DNA of 61,738 nt, filler included. It is 3 parts of 3 records of this genome, joined end to end, with 100 filler letters (N's around TTAATTAATTAA, not from the genome) between each part and the next. Parts side by side here need not be neighbours in the genome. Positions count along the whole stretch, not along the records: positions 1 to 21,509 come from SRR20825006_2931; 2 more parts are not named here. One strand, 5' to 3'. A program made the translations under genes and the position numbers. The notes below the pieces were generated by a model. That model had not been told where the DNA came from. It saw only the letters and a program-made list of their open reading frames with translations, and searched no databases. Below, piece after piece: positions 9,306-18,600 of this stretch; positions within the stretch are counted from its first letter, which is position 1; each line of letters begins with the position of its first letter.

Positions 9306-10070
9306 ATGAAGATCAACAAAGTGGCCATCGTGACAGGCGCATCAAAAGGAATTGGTTATGAAACAGCACGTTTGTTACTGGAGGCAGGGTGGAAAGTTGC
9401 GATCGTTGCGCGTGGCGTAAAAGCACTAGAGGCGGCGGCGTTGATGTTGGATAGCCCAAATGTCTTGGCCGTGCCATGTGATGTGAGCGATCGCACATCC
9501 GTTGACCAAATGGTGGCTACGGTTCAGGAAAAATTTGGCCCTATCGGTGCGCTTGTGAACAATGCAGGTGTTATCGACCCAGTGGGATCATTTGCAACCG
9601 TTGATAGTGACGCCTGGCTTCGTTTGCAACAGATTAATGTTGGTGGTGTGATGAATATGAGCCAAGCAGTTCTAGGCAATATGGTCGAGGCAAATTCGGG
9701 CGTGATCATTAACCTTTCCTCTGGTGCGGCATCGAATCCTGTTGAGGGGTGGAGCGCTTATTGTACGTCAAAAGCCGCGGTTGATATGTTTACCCGTTGC
9801 CTTTCAGCAGAAGTGCGCGATTTGGGCGTGCGTATACATAACTTCATTCCGGGGGTTGTAAATACAGATATGCTGAACGGGGCACAAGCGCAGTTTGACA
9901 ATGCGATTGCACGTCTTGATTCAAGCATCAAACTACCTGCGGAACTTCCGGCAAAGTGTTTAGCATGGATTGTGGATCAAGGCGAAAGCCATGATTTGGA
10001 ACCAGATTTGTCAATTCGCGATCCATATTTGAGAGAACTTGTAGGCTTGGAGGAACGTGCACAATGGTAG
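9306..10070 (+). CDS. Short-chain dehydrogenase/reductase
   Basis: TGASKGIG, NNAG, YCTSK; ATG 9306 behind AGGA. Confidence 0.93.
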   Translation: MKINKVAIVTGASKGIGYETARLLLEAGWKVAIVARGVKALEAAALMLDSPNVLAVPCDVSDRTSVDQMVATVQEKFGPIGALVNNAGVIDPVGSFATVDSDAWLRLQQINVGGVMNMSQAVLGNMVEANSGVIINLSSGAASNPVEGWSAYCTSKAAVDMFTRCLSAEVRDLGVRIHNFIPGVVNTDMLNGAQAQFDNAIARLDSSIKLPAELPAKCLAWIVDQGESHDLEPDLSIRDPYLRELVGLEERAQW

Positions 10071-10825
10071 AGACGAAGCCGAATTTGAATATGAATCTTG
10101 AAGGCAAGAACATTGTAGTGATTGGTGCTGCTCAAGGCATAGGGCAGGCAACCGCGCGTTGGTTGTCGCATATGGGGGCAAAGCTAACTATCGCCGACAT
10201 TCAAAATTGCGATGAAACACTAAGCCAATGCTCAAAAGACACAAAATCTGAGACGGTGGATATGAGCGACAGGCAGCAAATTGAGGCGTTGCTTGAGCGG
10301 GCGACCGCTTTGGATACGCCTTTATACGGCGTTGTAAATTGTTCCGGTGTTTTGTTGCGCCGCCCACTTGAACAAACGCAGAAAGATGAGATTGAGCTGC
10401 AAACGGCAGTGAACCAATCTGGCGTGTTCTTTCTCGCGCGTAAAGCGCTCGAAATCATGGAGAAACAAGGTGAAGGCCGCATCGTTCTCTACACAAGCCA
10501 AGGCGCTTTTACAGGTGGATTCAATGGTTCAATTCCTTATGCAATGAACAAGTCTGCGGTTACGGCGCTAGTGAAATCGCTTGCCCGTATTGCTGCGCCA
10601 AGCGGTATCACAGTTAATGCTGTTGCACCGGGCGCTGCTGATACGAAAATGCTACGCGGCGGCATGAGTGAGGACGATTTGGAGAACTTTAGAAAGATGA
10701 TCCCTGTCGGACGGTTCGCTGATCCGGATGAGCTAGCGGCGCCTACTGCATTTTTATTGAGCGCGTGGGCGAAATACATCACCGGGACAACACTTCACGT
10801 AAATGGCGGCCAGTTGATGGTCTAG
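10064..10825 (+). CDS. Short-chain dehydrogenase/reductase
   Basis: GAAQGIG, YAMNK, VNAVAPG, ITGTTLHVNGG. Confidence 0.93.
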   Translation: MVETKPNLNMNLEGKNIVVIGAAQGIGQATARWLSHMGAKLTIADIQNCDETLSQCSKDTKSETVDMSDRQQIEALLERATALDTPLYGVVNCSGVLLRRPLEQTQKDEIELQTAVNQSGVFFLARKALEIMEKQGEGRIVLYTSQGAFTGGFNGSIPYAMNKSAVTALVKSLARIAAPSGITVNAVAPGAADTKMLRGGMSEDDLENFRKMIPVGRFADPDELAAPTAFLLSAWAKYITGTTLHVNGGQLMV

Positions 10826-10845
10826 TTGAATAATATTGGGAGGAA

Positions 10846-11892
10846 ATGATGAGTAAAGCGAGATTAGCATTAATTGGCGCTGGCTGGTGGGGCGTGGAAG
10901 TTTACGTGCCTGCAATGTTGGCAAGCGAGGAGATTGAACTTGTCGCCGTCAATCGACGCAATAAAAATGCCTTAGACCAGATTGTTGAGAAGTTTGATGG
11001 CGTAAAGGGCTACACTGACTATCGCGAAATGCTCAAGAAAGAAGAGCTGGACGGTGTGGTGATTACGTCACCGCACACAGTACACTTTGAACATGCGAAG
11101 GCTGCGCTTGAGGCGGGTTGCCACGTGCTCATCGATAAACCTATGACAACAAAAGCTGACGATGCGCGGGCTCTCGTCGAGTTAGCGGCGGAAAAAGGGC
11201 TTGAAATCCTTATTCCTTATGGGTGGAACTATAAGGAGTTTGCAACTCAGGCTTCGGAACTCATTGCACAGGGTAAGGTGGGTGAAGTGCGGCATGTGAC
11301 CTGCAATATGGCGACATTTACCTATGATCTTTTTGGTGGGCATGGGCTAAGTGAGGCAGCAGACCACATGTTCCAACCAAACAAATCAACATGGGCTGAC
11401 CCTGACAATGCAGGTGGCTACGGCTGGGGACAGCTTAGTCATGCGCTGGGTCTTATGTTCCGTTTGGTCGATCTGGCGCCTAAAGAGGTATATGCAATCA
11501 AAACAAGTTCTGATGCCAACGTGGATCTCACAGACGCGGCAGTATTGACCTTTGAGAACGGCGCGAAGGCCAGTATTTCGGGTAGTGCACTCGTGCCAAA
11601 ACATTGTTCCTATCAAATGGATGTTAGGGTTTATGGCAGCGAGGGCATGTTGTTAATCGACATGGAGCGCACGCGGATGGAGTTGCGGCGTTTCGACAAG
11701 GAAGACTTGGTTTTGGATTTAGAGCCCGACGAAGGCCAATATGCTGCGGTTGAGCCGATTACCCGTCTCGGTGAAGTATGCCAAGGCACGGCGAAAACAA
11801 TCGAGGCCAACGGTACAATTGGAATGCGAGCCATTGAAGTGCTTGATGCGATGTATCGATCCTTTAATTCAGGGCAATCCGAGAAGGTCTAA
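10846..11892 (+). CDS. Gfo/Idh/MocA family oxidoreductase
   Basis: IGAGWWG Rossmann motif, HVLIDKPM; GGGAGGA RBS. Confidence 0.92.
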   Translation: MMSKARLALIGAGWWGVEVYVPAMLASEEIELVAVNRRNKNALDQIVEKFDGVKGYTDYREMLKKEELDGVVITSPHTVHFEHAKAALEAGCHVLIDKPMTTKADDARALVELAAEKGLEILIPYGWNYKEFATQASELIAQGKVGEVRHVTCNMATFTYDLFGGHGLSEAADHMFQPNKSTWADPDNAGGYGWGQLSHALGLMFRLVDLAPKEVYAIKTSSDANVDLTDAAVLTFENGAKASISGSALVPKHCSYQMDVRVYGSEGMLLIDMERTRMELRRFDKEDLVLDLEPDEGQYAAVEPITRLGEVCQGTAKTIEANGTIGMRAIEVLDAMYRSFNSGQSEKV

Positions 11893-11894
11893 AT

Positions 11895-12653
11895 ATGAGC
11901 TGGAAGAATAAGCGTGAGGATATTGTAAAGGGTGGGTTTTCTACCCCATTGGATGCTCCGATGGTGCCTAATTTTCCTTTTACCTTCAGAAATATCAATA
12001 TTTTCACTTTGGTCTATAAGACGGACATTGACGCCATTAGGGCGCTTCTTCCAGAACCATTGGTGTGCACTGGGCCGGAGGTGATGATTCATTTTTATCA
12101 GATGAATGATACCTCCTGGCTTGGGCCTTACAATGAAGTGAATGTGATGGTGGGCGTGGAATTGCCCGGCGAGGCTGTCGGCAGCTATTCACCCTATCTA
12201 TTCTTGTCGTCCGATATTGGGGTTGCGCATGGTCGCGAAGTGCATGGGCAGCCGAAAAAAATTGGCAACCCAACGGTTGAATGTCGGCAAGACTTGATCG
12301 TCGGTAAACTGGAACGTAACGGGATTGATGTGGTGACGGGCACGATGCCCTATAAACAGCGACCAGCTGAGATATCTGAATTATCTGATATTTTTCCCTT
12401 TGCAACAAATATAAATCTGAAAGCAGTCGACCATATTGATGGTTCGCCAGCGATCCGCCAGCTGACCTCGCGCAGCTTAGCTGACGTGAAGGTTAGCGAA
12501 TGTTGGCGCGGGGCCAGTACAACTCATCTTTTGCCCAATGCACAAGCACCTGTTCATCGGTTGCCGGTGCAAGAAATGTGCGATGGTTTTTTCTGGACAG
12601 CCGAGTTCACATTGGTGCCGGGCAAGGTGCTTCTAGATTATTTAGCTGAATAG
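11895..12653 (+). CDS. Acetoacetate decarboxylase family protein
   Basis: GPYNEV and GREVHGQPKKIG (Schiff-base Lys pair), APVHRLPV. Confidence 0.85.
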   Translation: MSWKNKREDIVKGGFSTPLDAPMVPNFPFTFRNINIFTLVYKTDIDAIRALLPEPLVCTGPEVMIHFYQMNDTSWLGPYNEVNVMVGVELPGEAVGSYSPYLFLSSDIGVAHGREVHGQPKKIGNPTVECRQDLIVGKLERNGIDVVTGTMPYKQRPAEISELSDIFPFATNINLKAVDHIDGSPAIRQLTSRSLADVKVSECWRGASTTHLLPNAQAPVHRLPVQEMCDGFFWTAEFTLVPGKVLLDYLAE

Positions 12654-12735
12654 TTTCCAATTCGCCAGCGAAGCGCGGATTGAGGAGAACAACGCAGCCC
12701 AAAGAGATGCTGGCGTTGTATGAAAGGAATAAAAG

Positions 12736-13860
12736 ATGCGTATCAGAAGTGTAGAGGCGTTTCCGGTCTCCTATCAGGAGCCTACAGACCATCATCGGTT
12801 TCGAGCCGTTTGTTTGGTTAAAATTACGAGTGAAGATGGTCATGTTGGCTGGGGTGAAGGCTGCGCATATTTCCCTGAAGCGACCCTTGCCACGGCAAAG
12901 TTGGTTGAAGGCCTAGCGGAGTTAGTGGTTGGTCAGAATGTGCTGCACACCAAATCAATTTGGCTGGCCCTAAAAGAACATAGTTGGTGGTATGGCACTG
13001 CAGCTGGGATTGCCTCTATCGCCATTTCAGGCATTGATATTGCGCTTTGGGATTTGAAGGGCAAGGTGACTGGTCTTAGTGTTTTGGAAATGCTTGGCGG
13101 GCCAGCACACGAAAGAATGCCGGCTATCGCAAGTTTGCACGGTACAAATGTGCACATTGAAGAGATGGCCGAAGAAATCTCAGCGCACACAGCCACTGGA
13201 TTGCATGGCGCTAAGGTTGGCTTTGGCAAGCGCGGCGAGGCAAATCTTGGCTTTGAGAAGGACCGGGATTTAGAATTCGTTAGGCAAGTGACGGAGGCAA
13301 TGGGGCCCGGAAAATCTTTGATGGTCGATTTGGGCGTGAAGAATAAGTGGGATATTGCGACGGCCATATCACGGGCGAAAGCATTTGAGGAGTTAGGCGT
13401 TGCATGGTTGGAGGAGCCGCTGGGGCATGATGATCCCGAAGGATATAAGGCGCTCCGTGCTGCATCCGGAATTCGTATTGCCTATGGCGAACGTGAGTGG
13501 AATGCGAAAGGTGTAAAACGAATTGTTGATACCGGCACCGTGGATGTGGTTGGCATTGACCCCGGTCGTATCGAGGGGATTACTGGATTTCAAATGGCTG
13601 CCGAATTCTGTGCCACGTCAAATCGCCAAGCAAATGCACATAATTTCTCGACGGCTATTGTCGGCGCCGCCAGTCAGGCTTTGAGTTGGGCGTCTCCTGC
13701 CTGCAAACTGTTAGAGCTGCAGCCCGTATACGGACCTGCACAAAAGGATTTGGTGGACAAACCCATTTGGCACGAAAATGGCTTTGTGCCGATGCCAGAA
13801 GGGCCCGGGCTTGGAATAGAGGTCAACGAGGATCTCATTTTAAGTGCTAAAATGGAGTAG
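12736..13860 (+). CDS. Mandelate racemase/muconate lactonizing enzyme family protein (probable acid-sugar dehydratase)
   Basis: AISGIDIALWDLKGK, MVD, WLEEP, YGE and PEGPGLGIEVN motifs. Confidence 0.92.
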   Translation: MRIRSVEAFPVSYQEPTDHHRFRAVCLVKITSEDGHVGWGEGCAYFPEATLATAKLVEGLAELVVGQNVLHTKSIWLALKEHSWWYGTAAGIASIAISGIDIALWDLKGKVTGLSVLEMLGGPAHERMPAIASLHGTNVHIEEMAEEISAHTATGLHGAKVGFGKRGEANLGFEKDRDLEFVRQVTEAMGPGKSLMVDLGVKNKWDIATAISRAKAFEELGVAWLEEPLGHDDPEGYKALRAASGIRIAYGEREWNAKGVKRIVDTGTVDVVGIDPGRIEGITGFQMAAEFCATSNRQANAHNFSTAIVGAASQALSWASPACKLLELQPVYGPAQKDLVDKPIWHENGFVPMPEGPGLGIEVNEDLILSAKME

Positions 13861-13937
13861 ATCGTTAGATAGGCACAATCTTAAAGACTTGATTGTGCCC
13901 TTTGCAGTCCAAATTGAATTTCAGGCAACTCTGTCGA

Positions 13938-13993
13938 CGAAAGTCTGCTTTGAAGAGTTAAAGTCAAGTGTGTCGAATGTCCGCTTTTGGGAT
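13938..13993 (+). repeat. Tandem GTC(T/C)GCTTT motif pair; left copy of an 18-bp direct repeat
   Basis: CGAAAGTCTGCTTTG (13938) and CGAATGTCCGCTTTT (13974) are 36 nt apart; AATGTCCGCTTTTGGGAT at 13976-13993 recurs exactly at 21469-21486. Confidence 0.8.
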
Positions 13994-14091
13994 AATGATC
14001 CTAGGAAATATCCTAAGCCCAATAGTTGCCTATGATTTAGTTCATAAATGGCACTGAGTGAGATATCCACGATGGAGCGAGTTCATTACAA

Positions 14092-14382
14092 TTATTTATC
14101 TTTGTCTAACCCATCATACCAACAAGCTGGCAGATCGCAGTTGACCTCCACGGGCAGGAGGTAGCCTTGTCCGTCAATTTCGACTGCAAAAGCAGATGCC
14201 GTTAGGTACCATTTGCCTTCGCCAACGCTTTCTAAAATCGCGTCGCAACTATTGCCAAGGTAGAACTTTTCCCCCGTATCTAACTCCACAATTGCGCCGT
14301 GCTGGTTGCATGCAACTTCAGTTTGTTTGGCAAGTGAAACGTTAGTGGATAAGAGCAAAGCGAATAGTGCAGTTCGGATCAT
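14092..14382 (-). CDS. Small secreted protein with four Cys, unknown function
   Basis: ATG 14382 behind AAGGAA, 4 nt after the upstream stop; signal peptide MIRTALFALLLSTNVSLA. Confidence 0.8.
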   Translation of the reverse strand: MIRTALFALLLSTNVSLAKQTEVACNQHGAIVELDTGEKFYLGNSCDAILESVGEGKWYLTASAFAVEIDGQGYLLPVEVNCDLPACWYDGLDKDK

Positions 14383-14386
14383 GCTC

Positions 14387-15646
14387 TTATTCCTTGGATT
14401 GCATCGCATTGGCCCAAACGGCCAACAGATTGCGTTGCTGTTCTGAGATCAAACCTTCTTGGGGCAAGCCGAGATGTCCCTGGAACTTTTGAATGGCAGC
14501 GAATGTTTGATCGTCAAAAACGCCGTCAATTTCGCCAGGGTTGAACCCAACAATGTTAAGTTGACGTTCCAACTCTAAATCGTTTGGAGGTACTTCATCT
14601 CCCAAGTCGTTGAGCTGTCCAAAGCCAATTTCAGCAAATGCATTCGCTATTGTCGGGTCTTGCCATGATGTGGCATATTCCCGATCATAGCCGGTGATTT
14701 CCACGCTCGCATAGACCGGGTTCACATGTCCGTCATAATCTATGGTTTCGCCACGGGCTAAGGCAATTGCTTGTATAGTTTTACCCTCTTTGCCAACAAC
14801 ATGACCCACAAGCGCTTCAATGCGCCACTCAGTGGTTTTCCAATCGAATTCGTTGGTGCCGGCTAATCTTGTATTCTTCGCGCGAAACACGCCACCACCG
14901 TGCACACGACCATTCTCATCAATGGTAAGGCGCAATTCGCCGTCACCAGTTGAGAACTCGTCATCTGCTGTAATTAAGCTGGCTTCCAACTGACCATTTT
15001 CAAGTTTAGAAGCGCCCTGCCAACTCACGATTGGGGTTTCGCGGCCCCTAAACTTTTGGTCGCGGGCTCTTACATTTCGAAGACTATCGTGACCACCGAC
15101 GTAGAAATAAAATCCATCTGTATTCGTGAGGTTGCCCCAATACTCCGCAAGATAGCCGCGTAAACTTACATCGGCATCGTGTTGAGTACCGGTAGTATTC
15201 CAATCAAATAACTCTGATGTAGGTCTTTGATAGCTGAATCCAACTGAATCATGACGCCGATCTGAGCCGGGAATGTCATATCGGCCAGCATCGGCTTTCC
15301 ATCTTTGATATGCAGCAGAGTTGGGCGCCAATACTTCAAAAAAGTCAATTGGCTGTCCGCTGCTATCATTGCCGGAGTCTTGCCGCACCAATGTGAGGTC
15401 ATTTTCGCTCTCTGACGCATAGATGATGCCAGACGCTCGGTCGAAACAGACATCAGTGATTTCTAATATCGGCTTTACGTTGCGTTTGGTCCTGAAATTA
15501 TAGCTGGCGATCGCAATTCCACGCTCAAAGGCGCACTCCTCCAAGCGATGATAGGCGTGACCGCCAATCTCTGTTTTTTGGGTCTCGGCGGCCATCGCCG
15601 TGTTGGCAAAGGACGTGGCTATTATCAATCCTAAAACAATCCGCAT
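14387..15646 (-). CDS. Secreted protein with C-terminal peptidoglycan-binding (PG_binding_1-like) domain
   Basis: Signal peptide; C-terminal LNIVGFNPGEIDGVFDDQTFAAIQKFQGHLGLPQEG; GAGGAA RBS. Confidence 0.85.
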   Translation of the reverse strand: MRIVLGLIIATSFANTAMAAETQKTEIGGHAYHRLEECAFERGIAIASYNFRTKRNVKPILEITDVCFDRASGIIYASESENDLTLVRQDSGNDSSGQPIDFFEVLAPNSAAYQRWKADAGRYDIPGSDRRHDSVGFSYQRPTSELFDWNTTGTQHDADVSLRGYLAEYWGNLTNTDGFYFYVGGHDSLRNVRARDQKFRGRETPIVSWQGASKLENGQLEASLITADDEFSTGDGELRLTIDENGRVHGGGVFRAKNTRLAGTNEFDWKTTEWRIEALVGHVVGKEGKTIQAIALARGETIDYDGHVNPVYASVEITGYDREYATSWQDPTIANAFAEIGFGQLNDLGDEVPPNDLELERQLNIVGFNPGEIDGVFDDQTFAAIQKFQGHLGLPQEGLISEQQRNLLAVWANAMQSKE

Positions 15647-15664
15647 GCCTTGTTCCTCTATGGC

Positions 15665-18600
15665 TTAGAACTTTATGTCCACATCGGTAGACAGTTCAGC
15701 TTCTGATGGTGTCGCGTTTTTAAGCATTTCAGCACTCTGCCTGAAATGCAGGTCATATTGCCGCTTATCGTGCAGCAACTGCACAATCAGGTCATGATCT
15801 TGATCTGAATAATCGTTGAAATGTGCGACCAACCGAAGTTCGCAGTCCGCGCGATAGCCATTCGGGTTAATCTGGTCATTATCCGGCAACAAAATACCCT
15901 GACGATCAAAAGCCCTTATGTCCCAATTAGTGTCCGCACCATCTTGAGCTTTCCAGATCTCGCGGGTCGATTTGTTGTACCCGTTGGCAAGACAGTCCTG
16001 CGGAATGTCGCCCCAGCCAAATTTACCGTTTTTGATTATGGATGGTCTGCCATATTTGTTCGCCAACCCATCCAAAGCTTGTTTTTCGTTGATTTTGCCT
16101 TTCTCAATTTTGAGAATCCGGGTCATCCCCATGATCACGCCTTTGGCGGACGGTGCCTCATCAAAGATGGCAATGCGCTCGTCGCCATTGGCCGATTCAT
16201 ATAATTTTCCAGATGAAAATGCCTTGATATTGCCAAACGCTTCTTCTGCCGACCAATCTCTGTTGGCATATAAAACTCTGCCGACATCCATGTGCTGCTG
16301 CAGGATGGAATCCGCTTCTTCAAAGCTCATACCTATGCGAAGGCCCACGATGTCGGGGCCATAGGCTTGCTCCGGTGCAGGATCATAAATCGCTGCTACC
16401 GGTTGAATCAGCTTTTTATCCAGTTGAACGATTGGGTGTAGTTCAGGCACGAACAAGGTTTCATTGTTGCGGCCGCCAATAATCTCGACGTCGGTAGCGC
16501 TCAGTTTAAATAAGTTTACGGGCACCGCGTTAAACGGCTTAGGCGGGTTCAAATTGTCTTTTACATTTGCCGTTTCAAACGCTTCAAACCTGTCAATCAA
16601 GGCCTTGCGGAACCGTGGCGGCTGCATTTGATGTTGTTGTAACCGCACCACGTCATCCACTGCGACAGTTAGGCGAATAAATTTCCGAACGCCGCGAGAG
16701 GCTTCAAACTTGCGTTTGTTTTCAGGCGTCATGACAACAATTTTGTCGAGTTGATAGATGTCATCAAGTACAAAATGCGCGCTCGAAATAATTCCATTTT
16801 CGAGCTCTTGATACATGGCATTGCAGTATGGGTCTTTGGCGCGCCAAGAGTGTTTGCAGGTTGCTCTCACGCCAGTTGCCCATATTTTTGACCGGAAATC
16901 TGGATTTTTGGCTCGCTCACTCACCTCAATTGCCTTGACGTGACGGTCATATCCAATAAACAGTTCGCCTCCCGGGTTATCGACAGCCTGCCTGAGATAT
17001 TCGCACCCATTTTCTAGCATAGCCAAATGCTGTTTGGGCACGGACGCATCTCTCGATGTACTGACATTAACGCGCTCGCAATCGGCAATTGCGCGGCCCA
17101 TCATGGATTCATTGCGATAACTTGTACCAATCCGAATAGGTGTGTTGCCGTCCGGCTTATCGCCAAAAAAATAATCGTCGAATGGCAAGGTTATGGTGAC
17201 GCGATCGGGCAACATTCCTGCTCGTTTGTGCGTCCAATCTTTAAATTCACGCAAAGTTGAAAGCATCTCACTATGCTCTGGCAACGGCGCACCAAAATCA
17301 AAAAAGCGGCCCCAATCCGGATTTGAATTCGGATCAGAAAATGCACTTTCGTAATGCCAACGGGCCAACATCATACGCATATAGTCTGGTTCAAACAATT
17401 GATCTGGTGTGTATTTCACCGTCAAGAGGTCGCTTAGTTCAGTCGTTAGTTCGGCAACTTCGCCAATCGGGCGTGGCATTGCGCCTGCTTCCGCAACGTC
17501 ATCAGCCACTTCCCCTACAGGCAGTACTGTTCTCTTATCGCCATTGACCAAAGTCAGCTTGGTCAGTTTTGCACGCACGACATAGGTGGCATCTTGTTGT
17601 CGATCAGTGTTTTTCTGGCGCGAAAATGCCACACGCTGCGGCTCCTCCAGCAACTCAAGCGTGATATGACCCGAAATGACTCCTTCACTAAGGTCAAATC
17701 CTATCAATTTCTCAGCATATCGGAACGAGTTGTTCGCCGTGGCCTTGATTGGATCCGGTAAATCGAGATTTTGGATCGTCGCCAGCTCACGTTTGTTTAC
17801 CGCGACAAACACGCGCACGTCGCTATCGACCTCTTCGCCATCTTGATTGATATAGGCAAGGGACACGATTTCATCCCCCTCATAACCTTCATTTTCTTCA
17901 ATGATTATTTTGTCAGCGTCGCGCTGATCGCCACCGTCTGTGATATGCCCAATTGCAGTGCCTTTAAAGTCTGCGAACTGTCGCCTATTTTGGCGAATGG
18001 CGAGCCAAAGCAAATCTTTTGCGTTGCCTGGGTCGATAAATTTGCTGCCATCGTCTTGCGAACGCACATTGGCATGAAACGGGATATGCAATTTCTTGGA
18101 CGGGCCACTCTGTTTTGCGGCAACAAAGTTGGATCTAAAGATTGCAATATCGTCCACATTTACGCGGCTTTCACCGGAAACGAGCTCCGCGCGCATTAAA
18201 TCCAAGACCACATTTTCATCAAGCCCAAAACGGTCGTAGAGTTCGCTTTGCTGCGCCACCTGCTCGGTAAACATTGGTGTTGTTTTCTCATCAAAGCGGA
18301 ATGGATCCATCAATCGATCGCCCATCAAAACACGCAAATATTTGGCGCCAAATAGACTGGTTTTTGCTTCCGTGCCTTGTTCGAAGGCGGCTTGAATATC
18401 CGCGTTGGACACGGCTTCATGGGCGCGCGCTAGGAAGGGATTTTCAAATTCTGGGGTTAATGCAAATTCTGTTTTGGAGACAGCGACGCTGAACTCAAGC
18501 TTTGGCCTACGGTTTTCGTCAAGTGCAGATTTAATGTCGCTAGCAACGGAATTCAGCTTGCCATAAATGGCAAAATACACGTAGCGGCGCTTATTGTTTG

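Noticed and set aside
13938-13993. CRISPR array suggested by 36-nt repeat spacing
   Set aside because: Only two degenerate short units, a period too short for repeat plus spacer, and no cas genes
13844-14035. 63-aa ORF downstream of the enolase-family gene
   Set aside because: It overlaps the upstream gene end, has no RBS or motif, and runs through the repeat elements
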